The translations under genes were made by a program, and so were the position numbers. The notes beneath the pieces were generated by a model. That model searched no databases, was not told the origin of the DNA, and saw only the letters and a list, made by a program, of their open reading frames with translations. This document shows positions 39,214 through 54,571 of a DNA stretch of 64,000 bases, one piece after another. The DNA is from Octopus vulgaris (lineage: Eukaryota), in the NCBI GenBank assembly GCA_951406725.2, contig OX597822.1, positions 100,688,001 to 100,752,000 of the forward strand, given 5' to 3'. The number at the start of each line of letters is the position of its first letter. The stretch's first letter is position 1.

Positions 39214-40267
39214 CAGTTTTAACCTTTTAGCATTCAGATTACTCTGTCAATTTAAATGCTTATTAATTAACATTGTTTTAAATTAAACATGCATTATCTT
39301 GTTGCTTTGAGATTTAATGATGTGATTGGTTATTTCTAGAAAGATAGTGTAGGGTAGGCATGAGAATATTTGGGCAGGATATAGCCGGTTTAAATGCTAA
39401 AAGCTCAATGTATGTTATATCTAAGATGCAAAAATATTTATGCCAGTGTCTAGAATTCCACTTTCAGTTTCTGACTAGTTCTACCATGAAAATATGGTAC
39501 TAAATTCCATATACAAGTGTGAACTTTATCAAAATGAAAATGATATGATAAGACAATCCATACTATCACTTGATTTGTTAGAAATAGCAGCTAAAGTCCT
39601 AAAGTTTAAGTCCTGGATATACAAAAAAAAAACCCCAGGTTGGTCATGGTTGGAATGTCTTTGACCATAGGACCACTCTAGGCTGACTTAGAAGAACAAC
39701 AGCAACAGCAATCAAAATCAAAAGCTCAGAGTATAACTGGACTAGAAGCTGCAATGCAATATTAATTGGTTTGCCTGATTCTGTGCAGTGATAACCCAAA
39801 TGAGAGGAAGTTGGCATTTAAAAAGCTAAGATCATGAGAACAAAAGTTTTTTTTTCCCCTTTAACTAGTTCAGTAATCCTGTTCGCTTAGGCACATAAGA
39901 TGATGTAAGAGAATTAACCAACAGCAATGAGTGTCACACTATACTAACAACCAGGTCTCTTTAAAGAGGAAAATTTTTCATGTGGATAACCAAGTTTTAT
40001 GTCTGCAGCAAATTTTGAATTTTACTGATTTAATTTTAAAAAAAAAATTACATTTAGTAAATTCCCAGCTGACCAGACTATTAGGGCATTGACCTATGAA
40101 CTAAAGGGTGTGTGTATCTTGTTACCAGTTCCGTCTAGTGTCCTTGATGCTTAGCTTTCCAGTAGCTCATCCCTTCTAGCTGCATGTGCTTGAATATAAA
40201 ATTGACATTCGTAGAAAATTGTTTTTGAGGGGAATTTCCCTTGAGTGTAGGTGGGGAAAGGGAATCA

Positions 40268-40858
40268 TTAACCCCTTACCCGGCAGAAACGAATATATGC
40301 GTTTTGACCGAAATCGTTTTTTTCTATCTCTGGCGAGTTAACTCATCAAAAGATAGACTTGCCAAAATCGACAGCAAACTAGTTCCTTTGTCTATTATAA
40401 ACTCTTTTTTGACATATACGAGTATATTCGCTCACTTTATACGTCTGGCAGTGACGATTTCAGCCACCTTTCGCTTGAGTAAGGCATTGAAGACCGAGTA
40501 TGATTTAGTCACCTGGAGACAGTCGAAGGGTTGGAAGGCACATTTTATGAATAGAAGTATTCACTTTGTTTTTACGTTGTTTTTTTTTATACCTTTATAT
40601 TATAACCCCACCATGTCGATAACCAAATAAAATAACATGATTTTTGTAAAAGTAATATGATTTATGAAAAAAACAGGTTAACTCGTTTCTGCCCAAAGCG
40701 GTAATTTAAAATCAATATTATTGAATTAAAATTCATAATAAATAAGGTTTGAAATATACCTCGAAATCACCATTCAAAACATAGTAAAATAAAACAATTA
40801 AAAAATATGTCTGAAAAAATACATTTATTTTCAAAATAATTGTTGGGTAAGGGGTTAA
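40268..40858. mobile_element. piggyBac-type non-autonomous element
   Basis: TTAA|CCCCTTACCC ... GGGTAAGGGG|TTAA. Confidence 0.75.
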
Positions 40859-42836
40859 TATTTCTGTTGAAATATATAGTTTCAATTAATTTTGAAAATA
40901 ATGAAAGAATTAGTAAAATAACTTTGTCATTACCAAGCTGGTGTTTGAAACATAATTTAGCGCAAAATATTGAAAGGAAGGTTTTAATTCAGATCTCTTT
41001 AAAACAGGAAGTTTGTGTCATAGAACCAGGAGGAGAAGTCTTGGGTACATTGGTCTCAAAAGCATTAATTAACTTAATTGATGACAATCTATGACTGTTG
41101 TTAATTATACTGATTTTAGAAGAATGCAAGGCAAAAGTGACCCTCATGAAACTTGAAATTGAGAGCTGTAGAGGAATGAACCAAAATACTGAAAAACACA
41201 GTTTGGCATTCTACCATTTGTGCCACATCACTGCATAATTCATCCACAGTGTAAGGGATGGGAAGAGGAATGTACGGTGGTGGTGGGGGGGATTAAGTGT
41301 GGGTGGAATGGAAATGAAATTCTAGGTGCATAGAGGTTAGTGGAATATATGTATTTAAAAGCGACCACAATTTACAATTGCTACTATTTAGTTAATGGTC
41401 AGCTTTGGTCAAGCAGAGCTGTGGCATGTAATTAACCAAACTAACAGGTGCAACACAAATTTATTGCTGACTATTTCTTGGACCTCAACTCATTACCATT
41501 CCATCTTTCCTTCTGACATATATTCAGGACAACGTTATTTAATTCTTAATAATTAACTCTTTAGCATTCAGATTACTCTGTCAAATGAAATGCTTGTTTA
41601 TTCACATTGTTCTCAATTCCTCATGCTAAATTTTGTAGCTTCAAAATTTTGATGATGTGATTGCTTATTTTTAGAATCACACTGTAGGGTGGGTGTGAGA
41701 GGCCAGATCTGGCTAGTTTGAACATAAAACAGGATATTTTGATTGGATATGGCCAGTTTAAATGTGAAAGGGCAGGGGACTAGTTGATTACATCAACCCC
41801 AGTGCTCAATGAGTACTTGTTTTATTGACCCTGAAAAGATGAAAGACAAAGTTGATGTTGGCGGAATTTGAACTCAGAACATAAAGACAAACAAAATGCT
41901 GTCAAGCATTCCACTTAGCATGCTAATGTTTCTGCCAGCTTGCTGCCTAAATAATAATATCTAAATCTACATAATAGCAAACATTTTTTACTGTCATCTT
42001 AAGATCACACTATTATCTTATCAAATTCCGCCGAGGTCGACTTTGCCTTTCATCCTTTCGGGGTCGATAAATTAAGTACCAGTTACGCACTGGGGTCGAT
42101 GTAATCGACTTCATCGCTTTGTCTGTCCTTGTTTGTCCCCTTGTGGGTAGTAAAGAAATATATTATCTTATAAAATTACTTTTAAAACAAACTTTTAATT
42201 TTCTTTTGTTTTGACAGACACTCTCTAGAACAATACTCTGTGCAAAACCCAAAATATAGTACTTCAGTCATAATACCAACTTGAACTACTGACTTGTTGT
42301 CTCTTGAGGTCTCTGAATGAGCAACAACAACAACAACAATAATAATATAATAATAATAATTAATTCGTTTATTGGCCACAAGGGCTAACAAAAATCAAAT
42401 AAAAAACATGTAAGGACAAAATACAAGATAACAACGAAAATATAACAAGTAAAAACTCCCAATAGGGGGAGACGCTTCGAAAGGTTACTCGTGGAAAAAC
42501 CCATAAAAGCCACGGAGGGGAGGGGAGGGGGGGCTGGTCAAAAAAAGAGGGGGGGGTAGAGAGCCCCTTTCATAATAATGATGATGATGATGATGATGAT
42601 GTCTGATTTGAACTTAGCTGAGAGAAATACTGCTATCATTAATGAAAATTTTTCTATATTTCATCTCCATTTTAAAACAAGTAGCAATTGTTATAAAATT
42701 GTTATAAAAAAAAAAAAAGAATCACAATTCTCTTTCTTAGCTTGACACTTGTCATCTATTTTCAACCTGCATAAAACACATTTAATACTGTGACGCTTGA
42801 TTTTAAAATGTAGGTCATCTACTTCACTACTGTCTG

Positions 42837-42915
<79 letters not shown>

Positions 42916-42916
<1 letters not shown>

Positions 42917-43295
42917 TAGCAGTATCACCCGGCGTTGCTCGGGTTTGTAAGGAAATAACTATAAAGTATTTTTAGAGAGTTATAGCCAAAAAATAGCAAA
43001 AAAACGGAAAAAAAACGATGGTAAATTTTTTTTAGAAAAAAAGGTCGAGTTGCGTCCCCTAGACAGTCTGTGGTTTGTGTTTCTGATTCTCGACCCCATG
43101 TCGAATTTATCGATGTTTTTCAGAACTGGGGGAACTTTTCAAAATTTTCGCTGCGTTAGTTTTGAATTATGACATTGGGCTATGTGTGTGTCAAGTTTCA
43201 TCAGAATCGGTTGAAAGCCGTGGTCAGGATGAGGGTACAACCTGACAGACACACAGACACACAGACAGACAAACTGCCGTTTATATAGAGAGAGA
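42916..43295 (-). mobile_element. Non-autonomous Helitron, second subfamily, inserted in (TA)n
   Basis: Same termini and body as 34963-35346. Confidence 0.8.
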
Positions 43296-46200
43296 TATAG
43301 GTATGTACAGATATACACCTTAAGTAAAGTTACATGTATTACTTTGAGTATTATTATATAGGAAGAGGATGGGTGCCCTAACTATTGTTACTGACATTCA
43401 CTCATAAAAATGGGACCCACTAGCAAGCATCTCTGATTCTTTCGTTTATTTATCAAATAAACAGAAGATAATTAATTATAAGGGCTTTTTCAAAGTCACA
43501 ATACAACAACAATAATAGCAGTTTCAAATTTTGGCACAAGGCCAGCAATTTTGGGGAAGGGAGGCAAGTTGATTGCATTGATTCCGGTGTTCAACTGGTA
43601 CTTATCTTATTGACCCCGCCGAATGGTTCAAAGGCAAAGTCAACCACTGCGGAATTTGAACTCAGAATGTGCAGATGGATGAAATATTGTTAAGAATTTT
43701 ACCCAGCATGCCAACAATTCTGCTAGCTGGCCACTTTGATATTAATAATTTCTACTATAGGCACACAGGCCTGAAATTTATGGAGAGGGCATAGACCCCA
43801 ATACTCAACTGGTACTTATTTTACTGACCTCCCCAAAAGGATGAAAGGCAACGTCAACTTCAGTAGAAAAATGATAATAATAATAATAATAATAATTGAG
43901 AAGTACAGTGTGTGTGTGAGTTCATGCATTTGCCAAGGACTGAAAATATAGCACAAAAGAACACAAGAAATTATTGTAAACGCTTTCAATAAACACCCAA
44001 AGAGGAGAAAAAACCCCAATCTGTTAATAGACTTCAAATATTATATTGTTTCCAGCTTTTCTGAATTATATCTGTTTATTTCTAACTGATTGTATTATTT
44101 ATATTAAATATAAATACAAAAATATATCAGGATTGGAGCACAGTAAGAGTTTTGTATAGTAACACTATTCGAGTTTTATTTCATAATGAACTGACTATTT
44201 TAAACAGACTAGAGTGTTATTTGACTTTTAAAGGGTAACTTTCGAAGCATTCATACAATAATTATTATTTAATTTTTATCAAATTTCTTGGTGCTTGTTA
44301 CAGAATGATGGAATGAATGCTAATTTTGAATAGAAAAAAAATATTTATGTTATTATAAAATTAAATAAAACAATATTTTATAAATCAGTAAAAAAAATTG
44401 TAATCAAAATTACTCTTAGTGTACCATGCAAGTTGACCCAGCCACCAACACACACACACACACAAAATCCACTTCTCTCCCTCCCTCTCTGTCTATATAT
44501 ATATATACACACTCTCCCTCCTCTTCCTCTATTTCTATGATTCTTTCTCACTGTGTGTGTGTGTCAGTCATTTATTCATTTGTACCTCTTGTGTTAACTC
44601 ACACTATCTCTCTCTCTCTCCTTCTGTGATACAAAGTATAACTAAAGAAACTAACCAACCAACCAACCAACCAGCCAGCATGTATTTCAGCTTTCACTAT
44701 AAATATATTATAGATGTAAAAAACAAAAAGAAAAATTATACATATCCTGCTTGAATAGAAATTTGTTTATTTTTTCCATTTTGCAGGTGTAGTGAATGAA
44801 TATGAATCAGGTTCAATTGCTTATTTCTAATGTATTCTACTCCAGTTGGCGTTAAACAATCCCTTCTTTGTATTTGTTACATGCAATGAAACAGTGGATT
44901 TTAAATATGGCTTGTTTCTCTATGAAATTTTTAAAGGATTCCATGTTTACTGGTTGTTAAACTAAAGGATCACTCAGAATATGCAGATAACAGCAACTAT
45001 TTTGATAACCTAATTATAAAATTAAATTTATTTATAAAATCAAATTTTATAGATTGATCCAACATGTAATGTATTCCAGGCCGCATGGTTAAGAAGTTTG
45101 TCTCCCAACCACATGGTTTCAGTTTTAGTTACACTGCATGGTAACTTGGAGGAAATGTCTTATATATATTTCTTTATTACCCACAAGGGGCTAAACATAG
45201 AGGGGACAAACAAGGACAGACAAACGGATTAAGTTGATTACATCGACCCCAGTGCGTAACTGGTACTTAATTTATCGACCTCGAAAGGATGAGAGGCAAA
45301 GTCGACCTCGGCGGAATTTGAACTCAGAACGTAACGGCAGACGAAATACCGCTAAACATTTTGCCTGGCGTGCTAACGTTTCTGCCAGCTCGCTGCCTTA
45401 AATGTCTTATATAATCCTGGGCTGACCAAAGCCGCATGGGTGGATTTGGTACATGGAAACTGAAAGAAGCTCATTGTGTGTATGTGTATGTATATGTGGG
45501 GGTTCCTTGCTGTGACATCATGTAATAGTTTTAAATGAGTGTCACAGTGAAAAGCAGTGCCTGCTAGCATGGGTTGGACGATTTTGACTGAGGGCTGGTT
45601 AACCAGATGGCTGCACCAGGCTCAAATCTTGATCTGGCAGAGTTTCTACAGCTGGATGCCCTTCCTAACGCCAATCACTCCGGGAGTGTAGTGGGTGCTT
45701 TTTACGTGCCACTGGCACGGGGGCCAGTCAGGCGGTACTGGCAACGACCTCGCTCGAATCTTTTTATACATGCCACCGGCACAGGTGCTAGTAAGGTGAC
45801 GCTAGTAATGATCATGCTCAAATGGTGCTTTTTACATGCCACCGGCATGGACGCCAGTTAGCCGCTCTGTCAATGATCATGCTTGGATGGTGCTCTTGGC
45901 ACCCTACTAGCACAGGCACAAGTGCCAGTAAGGTGACGCTGGTAACAATCACACTCGAATGGTGCTTTTTATGTGCCACTGGCATGGAAGCCGGTTAGCC
46001 GCTCTGTCAATGATCACACTCGTATGGTGCTCTTTGCCCCCCACCATGAATGCCAGTCATCGAATTATCTTACAGGAAATATTGCCTTGCATGGAAACAG
46101 GTAAAGGCTGCAACAGGAAGAGCCCCCACCTACAGAAAATATGCCTCAACAGGTTCCATCTGAATCATGGAAGCATAGAAAAGTGGATGTTAAAATGACG

Positions 46201-48442
46201 ATGATGACAATGATAGAATAAGTACTAGGATTAAGAAAAATAAATACAGGGGTTGATTCGTTTGACTAAAATTCTTCAAGGTGGTGCCCCAGCATGGCCA
46301 CAGTCTAATGTATAAAGCAATAAAAAAAATAAAAAATAAAGCTGAGCAAAAATAAAATGAAATAAAATCCAAGATTTTTAAATGGAATTTTTAGACAATA
46401 AAGAGAATTGAGTACACATTTGTCAGGTCTGATATTTAGTGTTTTAGGGGATGGTAAAAGAAGGGAACTAGTGAATGAATTCTTGACACAGCTCAAAATA
46501 AAATGGAGTTTGTTTGACAAAGGGTGGGGGTGGGGAGATTAAAAAAAATCTTACAAAAAAGAATTAAAATAAAAAAAAAAAGAACTTTGATCTTTTTTGT
46601 AAAGTAAAACAAAACATTTTGGATAATAAATTTGGCAGCAAAGCTTAATGTATTATACATAACCTGAAATTAAGTACAACATTAAAATGTAAACAGAAAT
46701 CTGGTGAGAAGGATTGGAAATAGGAATTTAATTAGGTAATGGTGACAGGAAAAAAAAAAAAACTAAGGTAATATAAAGTTTAGTTTTCTCACAGAAATGC
46801 AAAAAGTAGCATAAAACTGAACAAAAACATATTTTCTAAAAAAAATATTCCCATGATACTACAAGAGAGAAAACAAAAGCATAAAACAAGATATTCTATC
46901 AAATAAAACCTGCTTTGCTGACTTTAAAATTCAAAGATTTATTTACAGAAAAAACATTATTATAATTGACCATTTTATCTGTCTCTTTTACTCTTTTACT
47001 TGTTTGTCATTTGACTGCGGCCATGCTGGAGCAGCACATTTAGTCGAACAAATTGACCACCAGGACTTATTCTTTGTAAGCCTAGTACTTATTCTATTGG
47101 TCTCTTTTGCCGAACTGCTAAGTTACAGAGACATAAAATACACCAGCATTGGTTGTCGAGTGACGGCTGGGGGGAAATTCATACACGAACAAACACACAC
47201 ACACACACACACACACGTGCACACACATATGATGGGCTTCTTTCAGTTTCCGTCTACCAAATCCACTCACAAAGCTTTGGTCGTCCCAAGGCTATAGTAG
47301 AAGACACTTGCCCAGAACCATGTGGTTGGCAAGCAAACTACTTACCACACAGCCACTCCTGGCTATAGGGAAAAAAAAATATCTTTCCTAGAAATAGGAG
47401 ATTGTTGGTGACAGGAAGGGCAAAAGGGCAAGCAGCTGTAGACAAAATGCCTCCATAAATTCTGTCTGACTTGCAAACATGTAATAGTAAGCATTAAAAC
47501 AATGATTATATATATGTGTGTATATGTGTAAATCATTGCAATATATGTTGTGCATCAGCCATCCCTATCAGTCATCAGGACTATTCAGCAACTAAAATGT
47601 CATCTGTTCCATCATGAAAGAGACTATTTGAGAATGAAATTGCAAATGTTCTGTAGTAAGAATATGTAATTTTTGCAAGCATTCTATAGAATGTTTCCAC
47701 CACCATCTTCCTTCTAAGAGACAGCAGTAGTACTTAAAGCAATAGGTCAAAATACTCAAACGTTTTTTTTTTCTGCTTTTTTTTTCTTTTTTTTTCATAG
47801 CTTACTAGTTTAAACTCTGCTACTATGAATCAGTGAAGATTAAGGAAAACAGTGAGGGCGCGTGGCTTAGTGGTTAGGGCATTCGGCTCATGATCGTAAG
47901 GTTGTGAGTTCGATTCCCGGCGACGCATTGTGTCCTTGAGCAAGACACTTCATTTCACGTTGCTCCAGTCCACTCAGCTGGCAAAAATGAGTTGTACTTG
48001 TATTTCAAAGGGTCAGCCTTGTCACTCTCTGTGTCACGCTGATTATCCCCGAGAACTACGTTAAGGGTACACGTGTCTGTGGAATGCTCAGCCATTTGCA
48101 CGTTAATTTCACGAGCAAGCTGTTCCGTTGATCGTATCAGCTGGGACCCTCGTCGTCGTAACCGGCGGAGTCTTTTTAAAGGAAAACAAAAGTAGACGTT
48201 GACTCAAGTGGGATTACGTGATTATCTACTCTTTTTACTCTTTCTTTCTCTTTCGCTTGTTTCAGTCATGTGACTGTGGCCATGCTGGAGCACCGCCTTT
48301 AGTCGATCAAATCGACCCCAGGACTTATTCTTTGTAAGCCTAGTACTTATTTTATCGGTCTCTTCTTTGCCGAACCGCTAAGTTACGGGGACACAAACAC
48401 ACCAGCATCGGCTGTCAAGCAATGCCAGGGGTACAAACACAG

Positions 48443-48475
<33 letters not shown>

Positions 48476-50074
48476 CGACGGGCTTCTTTCAGTTTCCATC
48501 TACCAAATCCACTCACAAGGCTTTGGTCGGCCTGAGGCTATAGTAGAAGACACTTACCCAAGGTGCCACGCAGTGGGACTGAACCCGGAACCATGTGGTT
48601 TGTAAGCAAGCCACTCACCACACAGCCACTCCTAGCTAGAAGACAGGGTAAAATGTTAAATATGTAAAAATTTTCATCAATGTTTTAGCATAGTTTTTAA
48701 ACATCTATTTTATACTTAGCATTCATGATACCATGGGCATGGTATGACAGTTTTAAATGAGTGTCACCATCATACAAGCTGTATCATTCATTTATTTCCA
48801 ATGTTCTCCAAAACCAAGTGCAGGTGCAGCAGCCTTTACTTCCTCCAGCTGTCGTATCTTTCATTTTCTACTGGGTGTGGAGACGCAATGGCCAAGTGGT
48901 TAGGGCAGTGGACTCGCGGTCATAGGATCGCGGTTTCGATTCCCAGACCGGGCGTTGTGAGTGTTTATTGAGCGAAAACACCTAAAAGCTCCACGAGGCT
49001 CTGGCAGGGTATGGTGGTGATCCCTGCTGTACTCTTTCACCACAACTTTCTCTCACTCTTACTTCCAGTTTCTGTTGTACCTGTATTTCAAGGGGCCGGC
49101 CTTGTCACTCTCTGTGTCACGCTGAATATACCCGAGAACTACGTTAAGGGTGCACGTGTCTGTGGAGTGCTCAGCCACTTACACGTTAATTTCACGAGCA
49201 GGCTGTTCCGTTGATTCGGATCAACCGGAACCCTCATCGTGGTAACCGACGGAGTGCTTCCACCACATTCTACTGGGTCAAGAACAGGAGAGCCAAGATG
49301 GTGTCTATGTCTTCATGTCACTCCATTGGCACCTAAAATATCTAGCAACAACAAGGTACATGCTACCAAAGACACACTCGCTCGTGAGCAACAACTTTAC
49401 ACTTTTTACTATTATTTTGATCAAACACAATTTTCATTTTAAAACCAATTTAAACTGCAAGTTTCACACCACAATTCATCAGGCATTTTGGGTTTAATTG
49501 TGTTGCGCAGGCAATATTGCTGTTCCAATATATGCCACTGTTTAATGACTGTGAGAAAATATATTATTACTGTATAACCTGTTTCTCTGTGTGACTGAAA
49601 CACGAGCAATCTCCAGATCTCCAGTACCATTCATTTGCATTAGCCATTGTGATTAGAATAAAATATTCTTTTATTTCAGTCATGTCTATGGCCAAGCTGG
49701 GGCACTACTTTGAAAGACTTATTGTCAAACAAAATGGCTTCAGTGATTTACTTTTTTTTTTTAAAGTCTGGTACTTGCTCTGTCAGTAACTTTTGCCAAA
49801 CCACAAAGTAATGGAGATATAAACAAACCAACACCAGTTACCAAATGCTGGTGGGGGGAGGGTGGCACAAACACACGCACAGTGAGCTCCAGATTCACTC
49901 ACAAGGAATAGGTCAACTTGAGACTATAAAAGAAAACACTTGCCCAAGGTAATATGCAGTAGAATTGAACCCAAAACTATGTGGTTGGAAGCAAATTTCT
50001 TAACCACACAGCCATGCTTGAACTAGAAGTTTTTTTGAAATTCTTTGCATTATCTTTTCCCAGATGTGTTGTAT

Positions 50075-50302
50075 TTAACCCTTTCGTTACCAACCCAGCT
50101 GAAACCGGCTCTGGCTCTGAGTACAAATGTCTTGTTTTCAAAATTTTTGAACAAAAATCTTCCACCAAACCTTAGTCACAATTTATGTTCCTAACACTAG
50201 CTGAATGATAACTAAGTTATTTTACTAAATTCTTTGTTATATTTAAAGTAATTGAAAGAAGCACAGAATATCTGAAAATAAATACAGCAACAAAAGGGTT
50301 AA
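50075..50302. mobile_element. piggyBac-type MITE, another family
   Basis: TTAA|CCCTTTCGTTAC ... GCAACAAAAGGG|TTAA. Confidence 0.7.
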
Positions 50303-50644
50303 ATACAAACAAAATGATGCACACACAGACAACACTGAATTGCACACTAATTTATGCATGATTGCATTTGTATGGTGTCCTTATCAGAAATTTCAAGTAT
50401 ACAAACATGTTAATTATTTCGAGACAGTTGTTATGAAGAAATACGCAGGGTATGAGTAAAGCAGATTTAAATTCCTAGAGATAGCAGACTGGATTTTTAG
50501 AGAAGAAAATAAAGTTTGTTATAACATAGGCTACATATCTGGTTTTTCAGGGTGTATGTGAATATATGCACATAGGCGCAATTAATGGATGACTGGAAGG
50601 CTCTAGTCAAGAGAAAATTTTTTACCTACATTAAAATGTGTGTA

Positions 50645-50696
<52 letters not shown>

Positions 50697-51606
50697 TGTA
50701 TATATATATATATAAAAGTAATTGTATACACCTGATAATAGGCCAGTTAAATTGCTTTCACCTGTCATTCAAAACCATGAAACCTGTATGCAACCAGCTA
50801 CAGGCAAATATTGACATGTATTATATATTTCTTTATTGCCCACAAGGGGCTAAACATAGAGAGGACGAACAAGGACAGACAAAGGGATTAAGTCGATTAC
50901 ATTGACCCCAGTGCGAAACTGGTACTTTTATTTATCGACCGCGAAAGGATGAAAGGCAAAGTCAACCTCGGCGGAATTTGAACTCAGAACGTAACGACAG
51001 ACGAAATACCGCTAAGCATTCCGCCCGGTGCGCTAACGTGTCTGCCAGCTTGCCGCCTTTAATGACATGCATTATAATCAAACCAAGTGAAACTGAGTTT
51101 ATTGAGTGAGGTACCTTTTGAAAAGTCTCTTGTTTTGCTCAAGGACACAACATAGTCAAAGCTACAATCTCACGTTCATGTGCCTCCTCATGTGTATGCC
51201 AAAAGATGCACCACAACCAGTTGTACAGAATCTCACCTGTGAGGGACCAATGCAAGATGGGTTGAAATGGTCATTAAGGTTAATGAATCTCATGAATTTC
51301 ATTTTCTCTTTCTCTCATTTGTTTTATTTCTATATATATATATACACCACACGACTTTACACATCACATCATATATACATACACACGTCCAGACCTCTCA
51401 TACGCACTAATACTCTCTCATACACACACACACACACACCCTTATGTTGGAGTAGGTCATTCAACCCTATTATCTCCCCTAATTTCGCTCTCGCGTCTCA
51501 TGTTTGATCTTTGACTTCTGGCCGAAATCAGATCGCCATGTTGATTCGTTAGTTACTGCACGCATATTTTTTTCTCTCCTTCTTTCTGTGTTTTTTTCTC
51601 TGTGTA

Positions 51607-51644
51607 TCTTTCTGTTGAAGAGCGTAGGCTCGAAGCGTTAAAGA
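51607..51644 (+). ncRNA. Minimal hammerhead-like motif (CUGUUGA core, GAAG variant)
   Basis: TCTTT-CTGTTGA-A-GAGC gtag GCTC-GAAGCGTT-AAAGA, near the 3' end of a repeat (~51340-51742) that ends at (TA)n. Confidence 0.5.
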
Positions 51645-51739
51645 CTTGTTTTATTTATATTTCCTGAGCGCCATACTAATACAATTGTTCGCTTGTTTTC
51701 CACCTGCCTTCGTCTTTTGTCTATTTTCATAAAGCTTCC

Positions 51740-51776
<37 letters not shown>

Positions 51777-51985
51777 GATTATTTCGATTACATTGACCCC
51801 AGTACTTGACAGGTACTTATTTTACTGACTCCGAAAAAATGAAAGGCAAAGTCGATCTCAGCAGAATTTGAACTCAGAAAGTAAAGACAGACGAAATGCC
51901 ACTAAGCAATTAGCCCGGCATGCTAACAGTTCTGCCAGCTCACCACCTTAACCACTGATATCATATTGACACCATTTTACAACTG

Positions 51986-52046
<61 letters not shown>

Positions 52047-52605
52047 AATAAAAATTTATATATAAAGAACGTGAAATACACGAAGGGACTATATATATAT
52101 ATTTTGTTCGATTCGTTCCGTTTCTTATCCTCCCAGTATTGTTTTATTATATATATGTTATCATCATCATCATTTAACGTCCACTTTCCATGCTAGCATG
52201 GGTTGGACGATTTGATTGAGGTCTGGCGAACCAGGCTCTAATCTGATCTGGCAGAGTTTCTACTGTTGGATGCCCTTCCTAACGCCAACCACTCCGAGAG
52301 TGTAGTGGGTGCTTTAACGTGCCACTGGCACGAGGGCCAGTTTATATATATAAATAAAAAAGGGGTTTGTATGATTGTGTATAGAGGGATATATACTATT
52401 CAAAGGAATTCCAACTCTGTTTTTTATGTTTTATTTATATTCTTTATAATATTAATGTAGAATATAGAATATATAGTATAAATATTATATATAGTAAAAT
52501 GAAATGAAGTATTGATTGTCTTATTGAATAGATGAAATATTGAATATCAAATATTAAGGGACTAGTATACTTTCTTGCATTAAAGCAGACTTCAAGGTCC
52601 CAGGT

Positions 52606-52647
<42 letters not shown>

Positions 52648-52735
52648 ATCCAAAAGCACAAAAAAACACAACAATGCGAGGACGTGGAACAAATATAGTT
52701 TTATTGGACGCTCAGGAAAGAAGGAAAGAAGGAGG

Positions 52736-52770
52736 GTTTAACGTTTCGAGCGGAGCTCTTCGTCGGAAAC
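52736..52770 (-). ncRNA. Minimal hammerhead-like motif (CCGACGA core)
   Basis: GTTT-CCGACGA-A-GAGC tcc GCTC-GAAACGTT-AAAC inside a ~210-bp element (52641-52850) embedded in (TA)n; partial family copy at ~12430-12502. Confidence 0.6.
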
Positions 52771-53691
52771 ATAGGAGAAGGAAAGATCCAGAGAAGGGAA
52801 GACAGAGGAAAAAAAAAATCGCCAACGATACACACGAGGTCACATTTTGATATATATATATATATATATGATTTGTAGGTGGGTGGGAGGCTGGGGGGAG
52901 AGAGAGAACATTCTCAGTACTTCATATCAGCTAACATTTGAATGTAAAAGTCTAACTAAAACCACATATGAATACAACATCATACATGGTTAAGATTAAT
53001 CTCGAGGTTACTAGCACAACTTCAGTTCTAAGGGGGCTTTAACACTTGGTTTATCAAGTGCTATGTCAATGTTGATTACCCGAAATCAGTAAATAACCTC
53101 AATGCTTATCCACCCTTACCAACCAGATTCTTCACATCAGATGGAATGCAGCTGGATATTAAAAGATACATAATGGTAGGCAGGTAATTAGAAAAAGGAA
53201 AAAAAAAATAAATTCTGAAATGTCATATCAGTATTAAAAAAAAAAATAATCAAATTTTACTAATTTTTTTTAAGATATATTTTATTCAGATTATTTTTTT
53301 CTCCCTTATAAATAATTTTCTTTTCTGTTTCACTGTATTGGGAACTATTCTGATGGCTTGAAAATCTCATCTTATTTCTCCTCTACATTCTATTTACTTC
53401 TCCTGATGCACATATTATTTTGCTTGGTCTACTACTACTGCTGCTGCTACTACTACTACTACTACAATTCCAGCGAGTAGAGTTCTTTCCTTAACCCTTT
53501 TGTGGTCATATTTCTATTGAAATACAAGGAATTTTTACGATTAATTTTTGAAAATATTGAAGAACTTATTAAAATAACTTTATCATTATTAAGCAGGTAC
53601 TTAGAATGTAAATTAACATGAAACTTTGAAAGGTTTTCAATTTAAATTGCTTTAAAACAGGGAATTTGCATTATAAAAGCAAAGTGCTGTC

Positions 53692-54531
53692 TGGGACAGA
53701 ACCATCTTGCTGGAAAATGATGGTTGGTTGAAGGTCCTGGAGATGTGGTGCCACATATTCAGTCTAAAGGTCAAGGTAGACATTTGAAGTAATTGATCTC
53801 TCATTGAAGAAAAAATGGACCCATAATTTGATTGCACATAATCCCACATCAGACATTCACTTTGGAACTGGGACTATTTCACTGAACTTCTCTAGTCGCA
53901 TGGGTGTACTCCGATCCCCATATTCTCACATTGTATTTGTTCAGTTTCCTAGAAACATGAAAAGGTTGCCTCATCACTAAAACAAACTCACCTGACGAAT
54001 GTTTCATCTTCAGAAATGAGTTGCAGCATGTGAACTACAAATGCTTTTCATCTTGGTTCATCATTTGGCTCATAAGAGTTTCACTTTGTAAGCATACAAT
54101 TGCAGGTCCTCATGTAGGACCTTGTGTACTGTCTGGCAGCAGTACAGATGGATTTTGTGGGAGAACGAGAAAAAATTACTCAGATGTTTTTGGTCGCCCA
54201 TTCCTCTTTCTATCTAGCACTGTCCCTGTCCCCATAAATTTCTTGTGCCATGCATGAATTAACAGACATGATGGTGGATCTCTTCCATACTTTGTTCTGT
54301 AGTCTCAATAAATCATGATACACATTGTGCCTTCTCTTGAGGAGTAGCCATTTCTTAGGGGTTCATTCAAAAAAATTCCTCTTTAATCTGCAGGTTGCAT
54401 GAAACACAAAAATGCAATGTGATTAAAATCTTTGAAAACCACTGAGTACAATAGAACAAGTCTGATTAAGATATCTTATCAATTGCCTTTGTAATAAATT
54501 TTTTAAATTGTAAAAAGATTTTATGGACACC

Positions 54532-54536
<5 letters not shown>
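53692..54536 (-). mobile_element. Tc1/mariner-superfamily transposon fossil (5' half, rosa/DUF4817-like)
   Basis: TA+CAGGGTGTCCATAA end at ~54534; ATG 54351 MATPQEKAQCVS; FSDEATF, NVRIWGSE, KVNV*CGI, GPFFF, IIFQQDG; many stops and frameshifts. Confidence 0.85.

Positions 54537-54571
<35 letters not shown>

Noticed and set aside
49450-49492. CTGATGA...GAAACTTGCAGTT on minus strand (similar partial hits at 35540 and 38807)
   Set aside because: No credible helix I or helix II; consistent with chance
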